Virus record (IMG/VR): IMGVR_UViG_3300045974_000588
DNA: 64,000 bases
Origin: an uncultured virus (IMG/VR IMGVR_UViG_3300045974_000588)
Taxonomy: Duplodnaviria > Heunggongvirae > Uroviricota > Caudoviricetes
Direction: 5' to 3' (one strand)
The notes beneath the pieces were generated by a model that was not told the origin of the DNA, searched no databases, and was given only the letters and a program-made list of their open reading frames with translations. This document shows positions 37,543 to 46,752 of the stretch, one piece after another. A program made the translations under genes and the position numbers. Positions within the stretch are counted from its first letter, which is position 1. The number at the start of each line of letters is the position of its first letter.

Positions 37543-38199
37543 ATGGCTATCAACGACGCTAAAGCTGCCAAAACTCCTTATGAGAAGTTCCTCCTAAGTC
37601 ATAGGATTCCAAGACAGTTTTGGAAGTATGGCGTGGCTGGAGTAGACTTCGTTCCATATGAAATTGGTCGGAAGATTGACGGTCAGAAGAAGCTCAAGCA
37701 GATTCTGACCGTTTCTGCTGAAGACCAGCAACAGTATTGGCAAGGCCTCTGTAACTACGTTGGCAAGTGGCAACCTGATAGCGCTGATTCTCCAGCAGAG
37801 CAGTTTTTGGTATTCTGTTGTGAAGATGAAAAGACTGCTCAGTATTGCTTGTTCACTCTTGCCCACTACATGTTGCAAGGACTTTTTCGTCGACAATCTA
37901 GATATCGACTAGTGACTCAGAGGAATTACGAACTCTGGAAGATATTGCAATCTGAAGAATCTCTTGATCTTCCGAATGTTATCCTTATTCCTTCAATCAT
38001 GTCAGAGATTACAAACGCTCAGTATGCAACTCTTCGAGAGATGTTTACTTTGTCGTTTAGGATTTTTGCAGCCACTTCACTAAGTCCACAAGAGTTCTTT
38101 GAACGATTCAACTACTTACCGACGAAAATGTTTTACGTAGAATCGATTAAGACGACTTTCGAAGTGGCTAAGACTCTGGGAGTTCAAGATGGCGTATGA
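37543..38199 (+). CDS. hypothetical protein, possible degenerate helicase-loader-like protein
   Basis: Overlaps the dnaB start; RIPRQFW N-terminus; no intact Walker A. Confidence 0.4.
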   Translation: MAINDAKAAKTPYEKFLLSHRIPRQFWKYGVAGVDFVPYEIGRKIDGQKKLKQILTVSAEDQQQYWQGLCNYVGKWQPDSADSPAEQFLVFCCEDEKTAQYCLFTLAHYMLQGLFRRQSRYRLVTQRNYELWKILQSEESLDLPNVILIPSIMSEITNAQYATLREMFTLSFRIFAATSLSPQEFFERFNYLPTKMFYVESIKTTFEVAKTLGVQDGV

Positions 38200-39631
38200 G
38201 TTTCTGGAGAAGGAAAAGCTAATCCTCAATGCACTATTGCATGGTGATGAGGTAGTTAGAGCTTACATCTTGAAGAATTATATTCCTGACCACTTCGTTC
38301 AGTGTTCAGAGTTGTTTGCTTTTGTTCGAGCTAAGATTGGGCTTGGGGATCTTAGTGCTATCGGTTTAGACTCGATGGAAAACAATACGGAATTCAGCCC
38401 ACCACTTCGTGGTATCTTGGGCAGTCTTCGATATGTTCAGATCGTAAATGACCCAGCTCAGATTGAGACAATCGGAAAAGATCTGGTTGAAAATTACAAC
38501 CAAGAGCTTCTGCTTGAAGTGCTTCGTCCGTTTATTGAAAAGCTTCAAGACAAAGAGGTTCAAGCATCAGATTCGCTTAGAACACTTCAGTTGGCTTTGG
38601 AAGCAGCGGGTGTTAAGATAACAAGTAACACAGTGACTCCTGTCGGAATGGGCAAAGAGTCAGATATTGAGTATACGATTGAACGAACGATTAGCGCCAA
38701 TAACAATGTCTTCTTACGGACCGGCATCACAACCTTTGATAAGGCTGTGGGTGGTGTTTCTCGTGGAGACTTGGTAATTCTAGCGGCTCCTTCATCTCAC
38801 GGCAAGACTTTGATGCTCTTGACCTTGATGCTGAATATGTTGTTCGATACGCCACAAGAAAACTCAGCGTTGTTCATCACGATGGAAGTGGGTGAAGAAA
38901 CGATTATGCATCGCTTGGTTGCAAACCGAGAGAAGATGCCACTTAAGCAAGTTCGCGAAATCGTAATGCCTAACGATATGTTGACAGAATATCTGCCCAC
39001 TGAGCGTCATACAATCAAGCTAAGCGAAGTAGAGCAGACTAGAGAGAAGGTCAAGAAGGCTATTCATGGTTTGAATGCTTCGTTAAAAGCTAGAAATAAG
39101 AAGCTGACCATCAAGACCTTCGGCCAGTTTACTCCAGAAGACTTGCTGAAAGAGTTGGCCCTTTATCCGTATGACATTGTTGTCATTGACTACTTGAATC
39201 TGATGTCTACTTCAGGTAGCGCTGGAGAGGCAGATTGGTTGAGGCTTTCTACTTTGGCCCGTGATTTGAAGAACATTGCGACCACTCGTAGACTTTCTTG
39301 CATTACGGCCCAGCAGTTGGACGAGCGGACTCTTCAGATTAGATACTCGAAAGCAGTTAAAGAGCATTGCGACATCTTGATTCAGTGGGAACTGCCTCCT
39401 GATCTCCGAGACGCTGGCGGTGGCACAACTGAAATGAAGGTCATGAAGGGCCGAAATATTGGAACTTTCTCGTTCCCAATGACTTTCGACTTGACAACGC
39501 AGCGAGCATTTGAGCCTGATGGAAGCGAAGACTTTGCTGGCACACCTTTGAATCAACCAGATTTCACTTACACTTTTGGGGATGGTGGTCAAGGACTGAA
39601 TGCCATTGACCCATCTCGAATGTTGGAGTGA
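38189..39631 (+). CDS. dnaB: DnaB-like replicative helicase
   Basis: LAAPSSHGKT, FITMEV, VVIDYLNLM, LARDLKNIA, AQQL, MKGRN. Confidence 0.92.
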   Translation: MAYEFLEKEKLILNALLHGDEVVRAYILKNYIPDHFVQCSELFAFVRAKIGLGDLSAIGLDSMENNTEFSPPLRGILGSLRYVQIVNDPAQIETIGKDLVENYNQELLLEVLRPFIEKLQDKEVQASDSLRTLQLALEAAGVKITSNTVTPVGMGKESDIEYTIERTISANNNVFLRTGITTFDKAVGGVSRGDLVILAAPSSHGKTLMLLTLMLNMLFDTPQENSALFITMEVGEETIMHRLVANREKMPLKQVREIVMPNDMLTEYLPTERHTIKLSEVEQTREKVKKAIHGLNASLKARNKKLTIKTFGQFTPEDLLKELALYPYDIVVIDYLNLMSTSGSAGEADWLRLSTLARDLKNIATTRRLSCITAQQLDERTLQIRYSKAVKEHCDILIQWELPPDLRDAGGGTTEMKVMKGRNIGTFSFPMTFDLTTQRAFEPDGSEDFAGTPLNQPDFTYTFGDGGQGLNAIDPSRMLE

Positions 39632-40293
39632 TGATGTTTAAGAAGTTCTTGAGGTTTGTCACTAGATCGTTATTCTCCAAAGTTGCTGCTAAACAAATTG
39701 CAGAACTTGAAGCTGAAATTGATGACCTAAACTTTAGGCTTTTACAGCATGAAAATCACGCTGCACATTTAAGCCAGCACTTAATTAACGCTGTTCAAGT
39801 GGATCCGATAACTGGTCTTAGGAACAGAAAATACTTCATGGAAATTGAAGCTCCAGTATTTCGTAAGGCCAAGAATTTTAAAGCTACGAACGATACGATT
39901 TTCTATATGATTAGCCTAGATTACTTTCCAATCTTGCTTCAAGACTATGATGCTTGTGTTGGCGAGAATCTCCTTAGGCAGTTCGCTGAGATTTTAAAAA
40001 CGTGCATTCGTGGTTCAGATGTTTTGATAAAATACGATAACGAAGAATTTCTAATCTTAGCAAAAAGAACTAGTAGAGCCTTCGCACCTATTCTAGCTGA
40101 TAGAGTACTACAACTCACTAGAGAGACTGCTTTTAGTGTTTCTGAAACAGTGTCTATTCAGTGCACTTGCTCCATTGGATACGCGTCGTTTTCAGCTAGC
40201 GAATCGAAAGATCGATTAGAGGCAACCATTGCTTTTGCTCTAAACATGCTATTCGAAGCTAAGCAAAAAGGTCGTAATTGTTGGGTAGGCTAA
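39628..40293 (+). CDS. degenerate GGDEF-domain protein
   Basis: DPITGLRNRKYF, GENLLRQFA, IRGSDVLIKYDNEEFL, TCSIG, AKQKGRN. Confidence 0.85.
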   Translation: MMMFKKFLRFVTRSLFSKVAAKQIAELEAEIDDLNFRLLQHENHAAHLSQHLINAVQVDPITGLRNRKYFMEIEAPVFRKAKNFKATNDTIFYMISLDYFPILLQDYDACVGENLLRQFAEILKTCIRGSDVLIKYDNEEFLILAKRTSRAFAPILADRVLQLTRETAFSVSETVSIQCTCSIGYASFSASESKDRLEATIAFALNMLFEAKQKGRNCWVG

Positions 40294-40333
40294 AACTCAT
40301 CAATACGCTGGTTAACTAATTGAGGTGAGTTTT
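40292..40333 (+). promoter_or_regulatory. RBS/start-sequestering hairpin upstream of the exonuclease
   Basis: AAAACTCA/TGAGTTTT (8 bp) plus TCAAT/ATTGA (5 bp) covering GAGGTGAG and most of the TTG start. Confidence 0.65.
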
Positions 40334-41312
40334 GGCTATTCCACTATTTGCTATTGAGCGTGTAACGCTAATCGACACTTCTTGGCTGGTCTATCGGTCT
40401 TTCTGGTCTCCACAAGCCGAAAGCATTTCTAAGTTCACAGGAATTCCAGCAGCAGGCCCTCTGGTGATGTTCTACCAGAGTGTATCCAAGGTGTACAGGG
40501 ACTTCACTAATCCAATCTTTGTGTTGGATAGTTTTCCAATCGATAAGGTAGAGCTGTTTCCCGAATACAAAGGAAACCGCCAAGCAGCTAGAGAGGCTGA
40601 TCCGGACGCGGCAGTAAAGAGTGAAACTCGAAAGAGTCTTCGGAATAGCTTGGTTCAGACCTTGCCAACAGTTGTATCAGTTATTCAAGATCAAGAAGCA
40701 GATGATACGATCGCGTCTATTGCAGTTCAGTTGAAAGCTAAGGGCGTGGATGTTCACATTCTTAGCTCAGATAGAGATTTGTGGCAGCTCCATCAGCAAG
40801 GAATTAAGCTTTGGGTTCCTGGAGACTCTGGCTACAAAGATGTTACAGATATGATGGTTGAAGAAAGCTTTGGAACTCCTGCTATTAAGATTCCGCTCTG
40901 CAAAGCTTGGCTTGGTGACAAATCAGATAACATTCCTAAAATTCCTCGCTTATCTTCTAAGCTAGTCCGAAACATCATCAACCAGAGTGAGACTTTGGAA
41001 GACACGATCAATCTAGTGCACATGCTTCCACCTAGCGAGAAGTGGAAGAAGCCAATGATAGAATTCATTCCGCAAGCTCAGATTAACTACCAGATTGTCA
41101 AGATTCGAACCCAATTAGTTCCTCGGTTTGCCTATTTCCGCTTAGATTCGAAGTACCTTCAAGACATCCTTGATGCTTTCATGGTTCGCAACTTTAACGC
41201 TTATGAGTTATATCAAGCGATGGTTCCAGCACAAGATGCAACTGTTCATTTACTGCATCGCCACGGTATGTTGAATAACAATCTAGCCTGGGAAGAAGTT
41301 TACAAAAACTAG
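40332..41312 (+). CDS. 5'-3' exonuclease / flap endonuclease (Pol I N-terminal or T4 RNase H-like)
   Basis: LIDTSWLVYRSF, YKGNR, EADDTIA, SSDRDLWQL, GDKSDNIP. Confidence 0.92.
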   Translation: MAIPLFAIERVTLIDTSWLVYRSFWSPQAESISKFTGIPAAGPLVMFYQSVSKVYRDFTNPIFVLDSFPIDKVELFPEYKGNRQAAREADPDAAVKSETRKSLRNSLVQTLPTVVSVIQDQEADDTIASIAVQLKAKGVDVHILSSDRDLWQLHQQGIKLWVPGDSGYKDVTDMMVEESFGTPAIKIPLCKAWLGDKSDNIPKIPRLSSKLVRNIINQSETLEDTINLVHMLPPSEKWKKPMIEFIPQAQINYQIVKIRTQLVPRFAYFRLDSKYLQDILDAFMVRNFNAYELYQAMVPAQDATVHLLHRHGMLNNNLAWEEVYKN

Positions 41313-41399
41313 ATCCTACCACCGGCTTAGATTTAGGTAACATGGGGCAGAACTGCCCCTACAACCGTTTGTTGTAGTTTATGGGACCTATGATATATC

Positions 41400-41442
41400 A
41401 GTTGTTAAACCTCCCAATAAAATTGGTGTAGGAGGTACAACT
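41400..41442 (+). promoter_or_regulatory. RBS-sequestering hairpin with TAAAAT at the apex
   Basis: AGTTGT/ACAACT, ACCTCC/GGAGGT and CAAT/ATTG pairings. Confidence 0.7.
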
Positions 41443-41443
41443 T

Positions 41444-42280
41444 ATGGTTTTCGTACAGCGGGTTGCCGAAGCAAAAGAGTTCGGACTCGACGGTGGCGTC
41501 CGTAAAGTAAAGAAATACGGCTGGCATCGTTCACTGCCGGACATGCGGGATCACATGTTCTCGGCTCATCGAGCAATGCTCAATAAGACTCCAGATCTGG
41601 TGGACTTGTCACCCAAGATGCCTCCCGTATATGATCAGGGGCAGTTGGGAAGCTGCACAGCAAATGCATCCGGTGCTGCATTTGAGTACGATCAGATAAA
41701 GCAAGGCATTCCAGCTTGGACGCCTAGCCGCTTAATGATTTACTACCTTGAGCGTCTAATGGAAGGAACAGTGGGAGAAGACGCAGGCGCTCAGATTAGA
41801 GATGCTTTGAAGGTTCTTAGCAAGTACGGCGTTTGTCCAGAATCTCACTGGCCTTACAACGTAGATAAATTCAAGATGAAACCGGATGTGCAAGACTTCA
41901 AAATTGCTTCTATGAACCAAGCTTTGAGGTACGCTTCAGTAAATCAGACTCAAGCAGACTTTGAAGCAGTATTAGCATCTGGATATCCAATCATTGGAGG
42001 CTTTACAGTTTATAGTGGCTTTGAAAGTGCTGAAGCTGAAAAGACTGGCATTGTGCCAATGCCTAAGCCAAAAGAACGGAATCAGGGTGGCCACGCAATT
42101 CTAATTGTTGGCTACGACAGGCCAAAGCAGCAATTCATTGTTCGTAATAGCTGGGGCGCAAGTTGGGGCTTGAAGGGCTACTTCAAGATCCCATACGCTT
42201 ACTTCCTCAACCCCAAGCTAGCTGATGACTTCTGGGTTCTTTACTCAGTAGAAGATGGCGATTCAGTAGACGGTGAATAA
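41444..42280 (+). CDS. papain-family (C1) cysteine peptidase
   Basis: DQGQLGSCTANA, GGHAILIVGY, RNSWGASWG. Confidence 0.95.
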   Translation: MVFVQRVAEAKEFGLDGGVRKVKKYGWHRSLPDMRDHMFSAHRAMLNKTPDLVDLSPKMPPVYDQGQLGSCTANASGAAFEYDQIKQGIPAWTPSRLMIYYLERLMEGTVGEDAGAQIRDALKVLSKYGVCPESHWPYNVDKFKMKPDVQDFKIASMNQALRYASVNQTQADFEAVLASGYPIIGGFTVYSGFESAEAEKTGIVPMPKPKERNQGGHAILIVGYDRPKQQFIVRNSWGASWGLKGYFKIPYAYFLNPKLADDFWVLYSVEDGDSVDGE

Positions 42281-42675
42281 TGCTCAAGCATCTGTATAAC
42301 GTAGCTCATTCACTAATCCGTGAGCACCTTACAAAGCCAGCTAAGAGAAGTGATAAGTGGCCGTTAACTAGACGACACTTCTTAGAATCTCAACCCACTT
42401 GTGAAGCTTGTGGTGGGAATTCAAGGCTTCAGGTTCATCACAAAGTGCCATTCCATGAAGACCCATCTAAAGAATTAGATCCAACAAATCTTCTTGCCCT
42501 TTGTATGGGACCGAAAGAATGCCACTTGGAGATTGGTCACGGCGGCAGCTTCAAGCAATTCAATCCCCACGCTGAGTCTGATGCAGTAGAAGCCCTCGCC
42601 AATCCTGAAAAGTTCACTGACATAGTGGCAAGAGCAGAAGCAAATAGAAAGCCAAACGAACCGGAAGTGAAGTAA
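42280..42675 (+). CDS. HNH endonuclease
   Basis: CEACG, VHHKVP, NLLALC, CHLEIGH. Confidence 0.88.
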   Translation: MLKHLYNVAHSLIREHLTKPAKRSDKWPLTRRHFLESQPTCEACGGNSRLQVHHKVPFHEDPSKELDPTNLLALCMGPKECHLEIGHGGSFKQFNPHAESDAVEALANPEKFTDIVARAEANRKPNEPEVK

Positions 42676-42676
42676 G

Positions 42677-42714
42677 TAGAAGAACGGCCGGCTGATTCGC
42701 CGGCCGTTCTTCTA
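42677..42714. terminator. bidirectional terminator between convergent genes
   Basis: 16-bp inverted repeat TAGAAGAACGGCCGGC/GCCGGCCGTTCTTCTA. Confidence 0.8.
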
Positions 42715-42715
42715 G

Positions 42716-43519
42716 CTACTCGTATTCTTCTTCAAGATCTTCCTCAAACTCTTCGTCGGCTTCGTTGGTGATTGGATCCGCCACGCCTTCTGGTCCAGGA
42801 AGCGCTCCACGGCTGATACTAGCCTTCTTCCCTTTCTGGTAGCCTTCGTGCAGAGCCCCATCATCGCTTGCCGCAGATGAGTGTTCCTTGGTCTCACCAA
42901 CCGTCTCTTCAATCAGCTTCTCGATCTCTTCCTTGCGCTCCACAGTCATCAGCTGGAAGTTCTTCACAGCCGCCTGACACTTCTGGTGAGCTTCAAGGAG
43001 TGCAGTCTCATTGGCCTTTTCCAGCCGCTGACCGATCGCAGTCCTGAAACCGTGGATAAACGACTGGCGGTAAGCCTTGCCATTGGAACCCTTCGGAACT
43101 TCAATCTTGTCCAGTTCGCGATCCAACTGAACCGTGAGACTATTGAAAAGATGCATCACGTAGTCGATGTCACCGGGAAGACCATAGAGGTAGATGGTCG
43201 CGTTCATGTACTCTTCCTTCGAGTAGACGAGATCGCAACGATTGCACTGAGCGATTCGATTAAAAAGAGCCACTCTAGCGGAAAGGTAGTTGGCCTTGAT
43301 CGAAGTCTTGATCATCGTAGCCTTCGACCGCTCCGTAGAAGGCTTGCTGGCCTCAATGTCGGATTCAGTAATGGCGTAAGCCTGCATGAGTTCCTGAGCC
43401 TTCTGGAAGAAAGCTTCTGCCTCAGCCTTGGTGCAGGCCGGATCTTCAGCCTGAGCAAGACAAGCACGAACTCGATTCTTGATAGAGTCTGAGGCCATTG
43501 ATGGGCTCCTTAGCGCCAA
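42716..43519 (-). CDS. DUF2786-domain protein
   Basis: RVRACLAQAEDP...EAEAFFQKAQELMQAYAI; YRQSFIHGF...IGQRL. Confidence 0.85.
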   Translation of the reverse strand: MALRSPSMASDSIKNRVRACLAQAEDPACTKAEAEAFFQKAQELMQAYAITESDIEASKPSTERSKATMIKTSIKANYLSARVALFNRIAQCNRCDLVYSKEEYMNATIYLYGLPGDIDYVMHLFNSLTVQLDRELDKIEVPKGSNGKAYRQSFIHGFRTAIGQRLEKANETALLEAHQKCQAAVKNFQLMTVERKEEIEKLIEETVGETKEHSSAASDDGALHEGYQKGKKASISRGALPGPEGVADPITNEADEEFEEDLEEEYE

Positions 43520-43749
43520 GCGTTCTTGAGAACTTGCTGACCCATGTGGGTAAGCCGATAAGTTTTGATGGGATCAAGCTTCTTCCAGGGCTGCATCTGC
43601 TGCTTAACGTAATTCTGTCGAGCCGGTGCTTCTGTGACGAGGCCATTGTCGATGAGATACTTCAGATCTTGCTGATTGATGGGATCTTCTGAAGTCTTAT
43701 TGGTAATGACCTGAAGCAACCTAACTTGACTGGTGGAAATCGGATCCAT
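43510..43749 (-). CDS. small winged-helix-like protein
   Basis: LKYLIDNGLV...YRLTHMGQQVL; directly behind promoter copy 4. Confidence 0.55.
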   Translation of the reverse strand: MDPISTSQVRLLQVITNKTSEDPINQQDLKYLIDNGLVTEAPARQNYVKQQMQPWKKLDPIKTYRLTHMGQQVLKNAWR

Positions 43750-43778
43750 TTTACCTTCTTTCTGTTTCTTAACAATAC

Positions 43779-43811
43779 ATTATACTGTTAGCCAAGAAAT
43801 TATCAATAGGG
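43779..43811 (-). promoter_or_regulatory. conserved phage promoter, copy 4 (TTGATA-16-TATAAT)
   Basis: CCCTATTGATAATTTC...TATAAT. Confidence 0.85.
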
Positions 43812-43814
43812 AAT

Positions 43815-44363
43815 TTAATCTTCATCACTATCGAAGCAGCCGTCCATGCGCCGAGCATAAAGAGCATCGAAACCAAATACTTCTTCCAACTGAGCCGAAG
43901 TCCAGTACTTCTCTGCTGGACCATCTTCCGTGATAGGTAAACAAACCACAGTATGACACTCGATTGGCTGAGCGTCAGTTCCATGAAGAACACACTTTCC
44001 TTCCTTTACATCTAAGAAACTGCAAGGATGGTCGATATCGAATGATCCAGAAGCGCTAAGGTACCGACCAGCTTCGAAAATCTGATGGTGGCGAATAGGA
44101 ATAAGGACGAATTTGTCTTCTGTAACTCGACCAAGGTCGTGGACCGTTAAATGATTCTCGAAAAGCTCTTTAGGCGTGATACCCAAGAACTTAGCCATTG
44201 GTTCCACATTAGCTTTGGAAAGACCGCCTGGAGCCTTCCAACAGCAGAAGGAACACTTCTGGCAAGTATCTGACTTGACCTTCAAAGCGTACTGAGATTT
44301 CTTCTCTAGAGCTTCCAGCTTTCGATGAAAGTGCATTGAACTCATCAAGCTACCGAACATCAA
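43815..44363 (-). CDS. YkgJ-family cysteine-cluster protein
   Basis: CQKCSFCC ... CSFL...CVLH...QPIEC. Confidence 0.75.
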   Translation of the reverse strand: MMFGSLMSSMHFHRKLEALEKKSQYALKVKSDTCQKCSFCCWKAPGGLSKANVEPMAKFLGITPKELFENHLTVHDLGRVTEDKFVLIPIRHHQIFEAGRYLSASGSFDIDHPCSFLDVKEGKCVLHGTDAQPIECHTVVCLPITEDGPAEKYWTSAQLEEVFGFDALYARRMDGCFDSDED

Positions 44364-44764
44364 TTCTTCTCCATCAATTCTTCATTACTAACGTGACCAG
44401 CGTAGACTATGAAAGGAATACCAAGGAAGTACCAGTACGTAAGCTTCTTGATGTTGTTCTCCACGATGACACCATCAATCTTGAGGTAAGGACCAGTCTT
44501 GAACACTTTCTTCTTGAAAAGGCATCCAAGGGGTTTGATTCCAAGCCACCAGGGAGTCTTTACAATGATTCCAGCGTAAGCCAGAATCTGATGCTTTAGC
44601 GGGAGGAGCTTGTGATATTCCGACATCTTACTCCACAGCTGACCATATAGCTTGAAGTAAACTACATAACCCCCGAATCTTTGAGTGTTCTCGTGTCGAA
44701 TCTCGACTCGTTCCTGGGTTCGGGTTACGGTGCTCATCTTACTGCTCCACCCTGATGAGCTCAC
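44360..44764 (-). CDS. hypothetical protein
   Basis: Co-directional ORF; start probably MSTV near 44737. Confidence 0.55.
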   Translation of the reverse strand: MSSSGWSSKMSTVTRTQERVEIRHENTQRFGGYVVYFKLYGQLWSKMSEYHKLLPLKHQILAYAGIIVKTPWWLGIKPLGCLFKKKVFKTGPYLKIDGVIVENNIKKLTYWYFLGIPFIVYAGHVSNEELMEKN

Positions 44765-45362
44765 CCATCGAGCGGGTAACCGCCACGTACATCAGGTTCC
44801 GCTCCTGGTCCATCTGCCAAGCGGTCCGGGCCCACTTCGAGGGGCAGAGGTCTGGGCGCAACCAGTAGACCCGCTGCCATTCACGACCCTTGCTGCGGTG
44901 GATGGTGCAAAGAGTAAGGCACTTGGCCTTCTCGCCATCTGGGGTGTCGGAAAAGAGTTCTTTGATCCAGTTGACCAGATCCTCGACCTTCGTCTTGCCA
45001 GCTTCGATCAGCATCTCGATGATGCAGGTGATCGTTTCCGCTTTGTCTTCGACCGCTGCGGCTTGGGCTTCCTTGCCCTTCGCCTGCCACTTCTGAGTCT
45101 CACGCTCCTTCCAGCTCTCCACTCGGTCAGCCAGGGTGGCGAGGTTGGTCACCTTCCACTTACGAGCCAGCTGGATCAGGCCGTTGCCGATGTCCCGACC
45201 TTCGACCTTGCAAGCAACGCCCTTCCGAAGAAGGCTGTAGGCGGTCTGCACCAGGGGCTTCGTATTCCGGCACAAGATGGCGTCATCCGCCGTGAAGCTC
45301 TCGTCCCAGAACGAAGGGGTTTCTTCCACTTCTTCCACCTGATTCATCGTCTGCTCGTCCAT
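44739..45362 (-). CDS. UvrD/Rep helicase C-terminal fragment with its own promoter and RBS
   Basis: AILCRNTKPL, TIHRSKGREW, ERNLMYVAVTRS (SF1 motifs IVa, V, VI). Confidence 0.85.
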   Translation of the reverse strand: MDEQTMNQVEEVEETPSFWDESFTADDAILCRNTKPLVQTAYSLLRKGVACKVEGRDIGNGLIQLARKWKVTNLATLADRVESWKERETQKWQAKGKEAQAAAVEDKAETITCIIEMLIEAGKTKVEDLVNWIKELFSDTPDGEKAKCLTLCTIHRSKGREWQRVYWLRPDLCPSKWARTAWQMDQERNLMYVAVTRSMGELIRVEQ

Positions 45363-45382
45363 ATCGTCCCTCCAATACCTTC

Positions 45383-45415
45383 ATTATAGGTATGGCCATG
45401 AAATTATCAATAGGG
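45383..45415 (-). promoter_or_regulatory. conserved phage promoter, copy 5 (TTGATA-16-TATAAT)
   Basis: CCCTATTGATAATTTC...TATAAT. Confidence 0.85.
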
Positions 45416-45426
45416 TTTTGCCTAAA

Positions 45427-45594
45427 TTATCGATTGAGAATAAAGAGAAGAACCACTTTCAAGTCTTCCACACTAGTTGCTGTTTCGATTGCTTCCGTAG
45501 CATTGATGTGCTCGACTCCACGCTTGGCGCAATTCACGCCACAGCTGAACTTTTCTTGGTAGGCTTTGACATCCTCTCGAGTGACTGCTTTCAT
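45427..45594 (-). CDS. 55-aa hypothetical protein inserted between the UvrD fragments, not in the ORF track
   Basis: Own translation MKAVTREDVKAYQEKFSCGVNCAKRGVEHINATEAIETATSVEDLKVVLLFILNR; AGGAG RBS. Confidence 0.65.
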   Translation of the reverse strand: MKAVTREDVKAYQEKFSCGVNCAKRGVEHINATEAIETATSVEDLKVVLLFILNR

Positions 45595-45602
45595 CGTGGC
45601 TC

Positions 45603-46119
45603 CTACTTCTGATTCTTGGGCTTCGAGCTGAGGCTCACGGTCCGGACAACACCTTCCGGGTTGCTCTCGTGGGCCTGAATGTCAGGCACCCAGGTCTGAG
45701 CCAACCGCACCACCGCCTTGGGGCACCGATAGGTCAGGTTCAAGGGGAGCTCGATGCTGCCGAGAGCGCTCTTGATCTGGTCCATGGAGTCGTTGTCCGC
45801 ACCAGTGAAGCCGTAAATGGCCTGATTGGGGTCGCCAACCACCACCATGCGACCTCCAGGCCGAGTTCCCAGCGCTGTGGAGGGTAGAGGCCTTGGCGGT
45901 GCTACCAGCAGCAGCCAACTTGGCAACGATCTCGCCCGCGATCGACTTATTGAACGCACCCAGGAAAACTTGCTGACTGGAGTGGTTCTCGCCAATCCAA
46001 CGAACGAGCGCGAGGAGCGTGAAAGTCTTCCCGCAACCAGCGCGAGCCACGAGGTTCAAGGAGCCCTTACCGCTCTCCGCCCAGTCGATCACTGCTTGCT
46101 GTTGCGTGCTAAGTGCCAT
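45603..46119 (-). pseudogene. UvrD/Rep helicase N-terminal part with internal deletion and frameshift
   Basis: ARAGCGKT, AFNKSIA, STLHS in one frame; VVGDPNQAIYGFTGA and TYRCPKAVV in another; Walker B absent. Confidence 0.85.
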
Positions 46120-46193
46120 GATTATTTCCTCCAACATTACAATATACGGTTGGCCAGGAAATTATCAATAGGGATTACAAAGTTTTTCAAATT
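46114..46193 (-). repeat. 80-bp promoter+RBS+ATG cassette, copy A; contains promoter copy 6 (TTGATA-16-TATATT, 46141-46168)
   Basis: 75/80 identical to 50572-50651 by manual alignment. Confidence 0.9.
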
Positions 46194-46496
46194 CTAATGC
46201 TTATCAAATTCCTGGAAACTATGGAACTTCTCAGCGAAGAGGCGCTTTCCGAGATTGTCCATGAAATCTTTCGCCAGCTTGGCTTCGCAATCCCGTCGAA
46301 GCTGGGCCTTGTAGGAAGTGAGCCAAGTTTCGTAAGAGCACGTTCCCCTTGGATCACCACCTTCAGACTGGCGGTAGAGTGTGATAGGCCTCTCTCGAAT
46401 TTCGAGGAAGATCTGCATTTCACGGATTTCAGCAAGATCTTGATTCATAGCCACCTCAGTCGGAAACCTTTTCGAATTCGGCAATGAAGCGATCAT
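46194..46496 (-). CDS. hypothetical protein
   Basis: ORF; GAGGTGG RBS before MNQDL. Confidence 0.55.
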   Translation of the reverse strand: MIASLPNSKRFPTEVAMNQDLAEIREMQIFLEIRERPITLYRQSEGGDPRGTCSYETWLTSYKAQLRRDCEAKLAKDFMDNLGKRLFAEKFHSFQEFDKH

Positions 46497-46752
46497 ACCT
46501 CATATCGCTCTTGATTTTGTTTGCTTGATTCTGATGCTTTACGTAAGCAGAGTTGTTAGTAGTGCTTCGCCATACTCGTTCAACAACATGCAGAACTCCA
46601 TTAGCCTTTCGCTTCCACGTGCTCTTTGGAAGAACTTCTACGGTGTTGCCTTCGTTGTTAACAAAAGCCTTAATCAGTCGGTTCATATGAAAATCTTCCC
46701 TTTCCACGATTTCGTGAGTAGTGATCGTCTTTCTTAATCGTTCGTCAACCAC
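46456..46752 (-). CDS. hypothetical protein
   Basis: Co-directional packed ORF. Confidence 0.5.
   Translation of the reverse strand: MVDERLRKTITTHEIVEREDFHMNRLIKAFVNNEGNTVEVLPKSTWKRKANGVLHVVERVWRSTTNNSAYVKHQNQANKIKSDMRYDRFIAEFEKVSD

Noticed and set aside
42280..42675. HNH gene as a mobile homing element in an intron
   Set aside because: Free-standing, translationally coupled to the peptidase, and no interrupted host gene flanks it
45682..46137. Programmed frameshift producing a functional UvrD
   Set aside because: No slippery heptamer at the junction, and the Walker B region would still be missing
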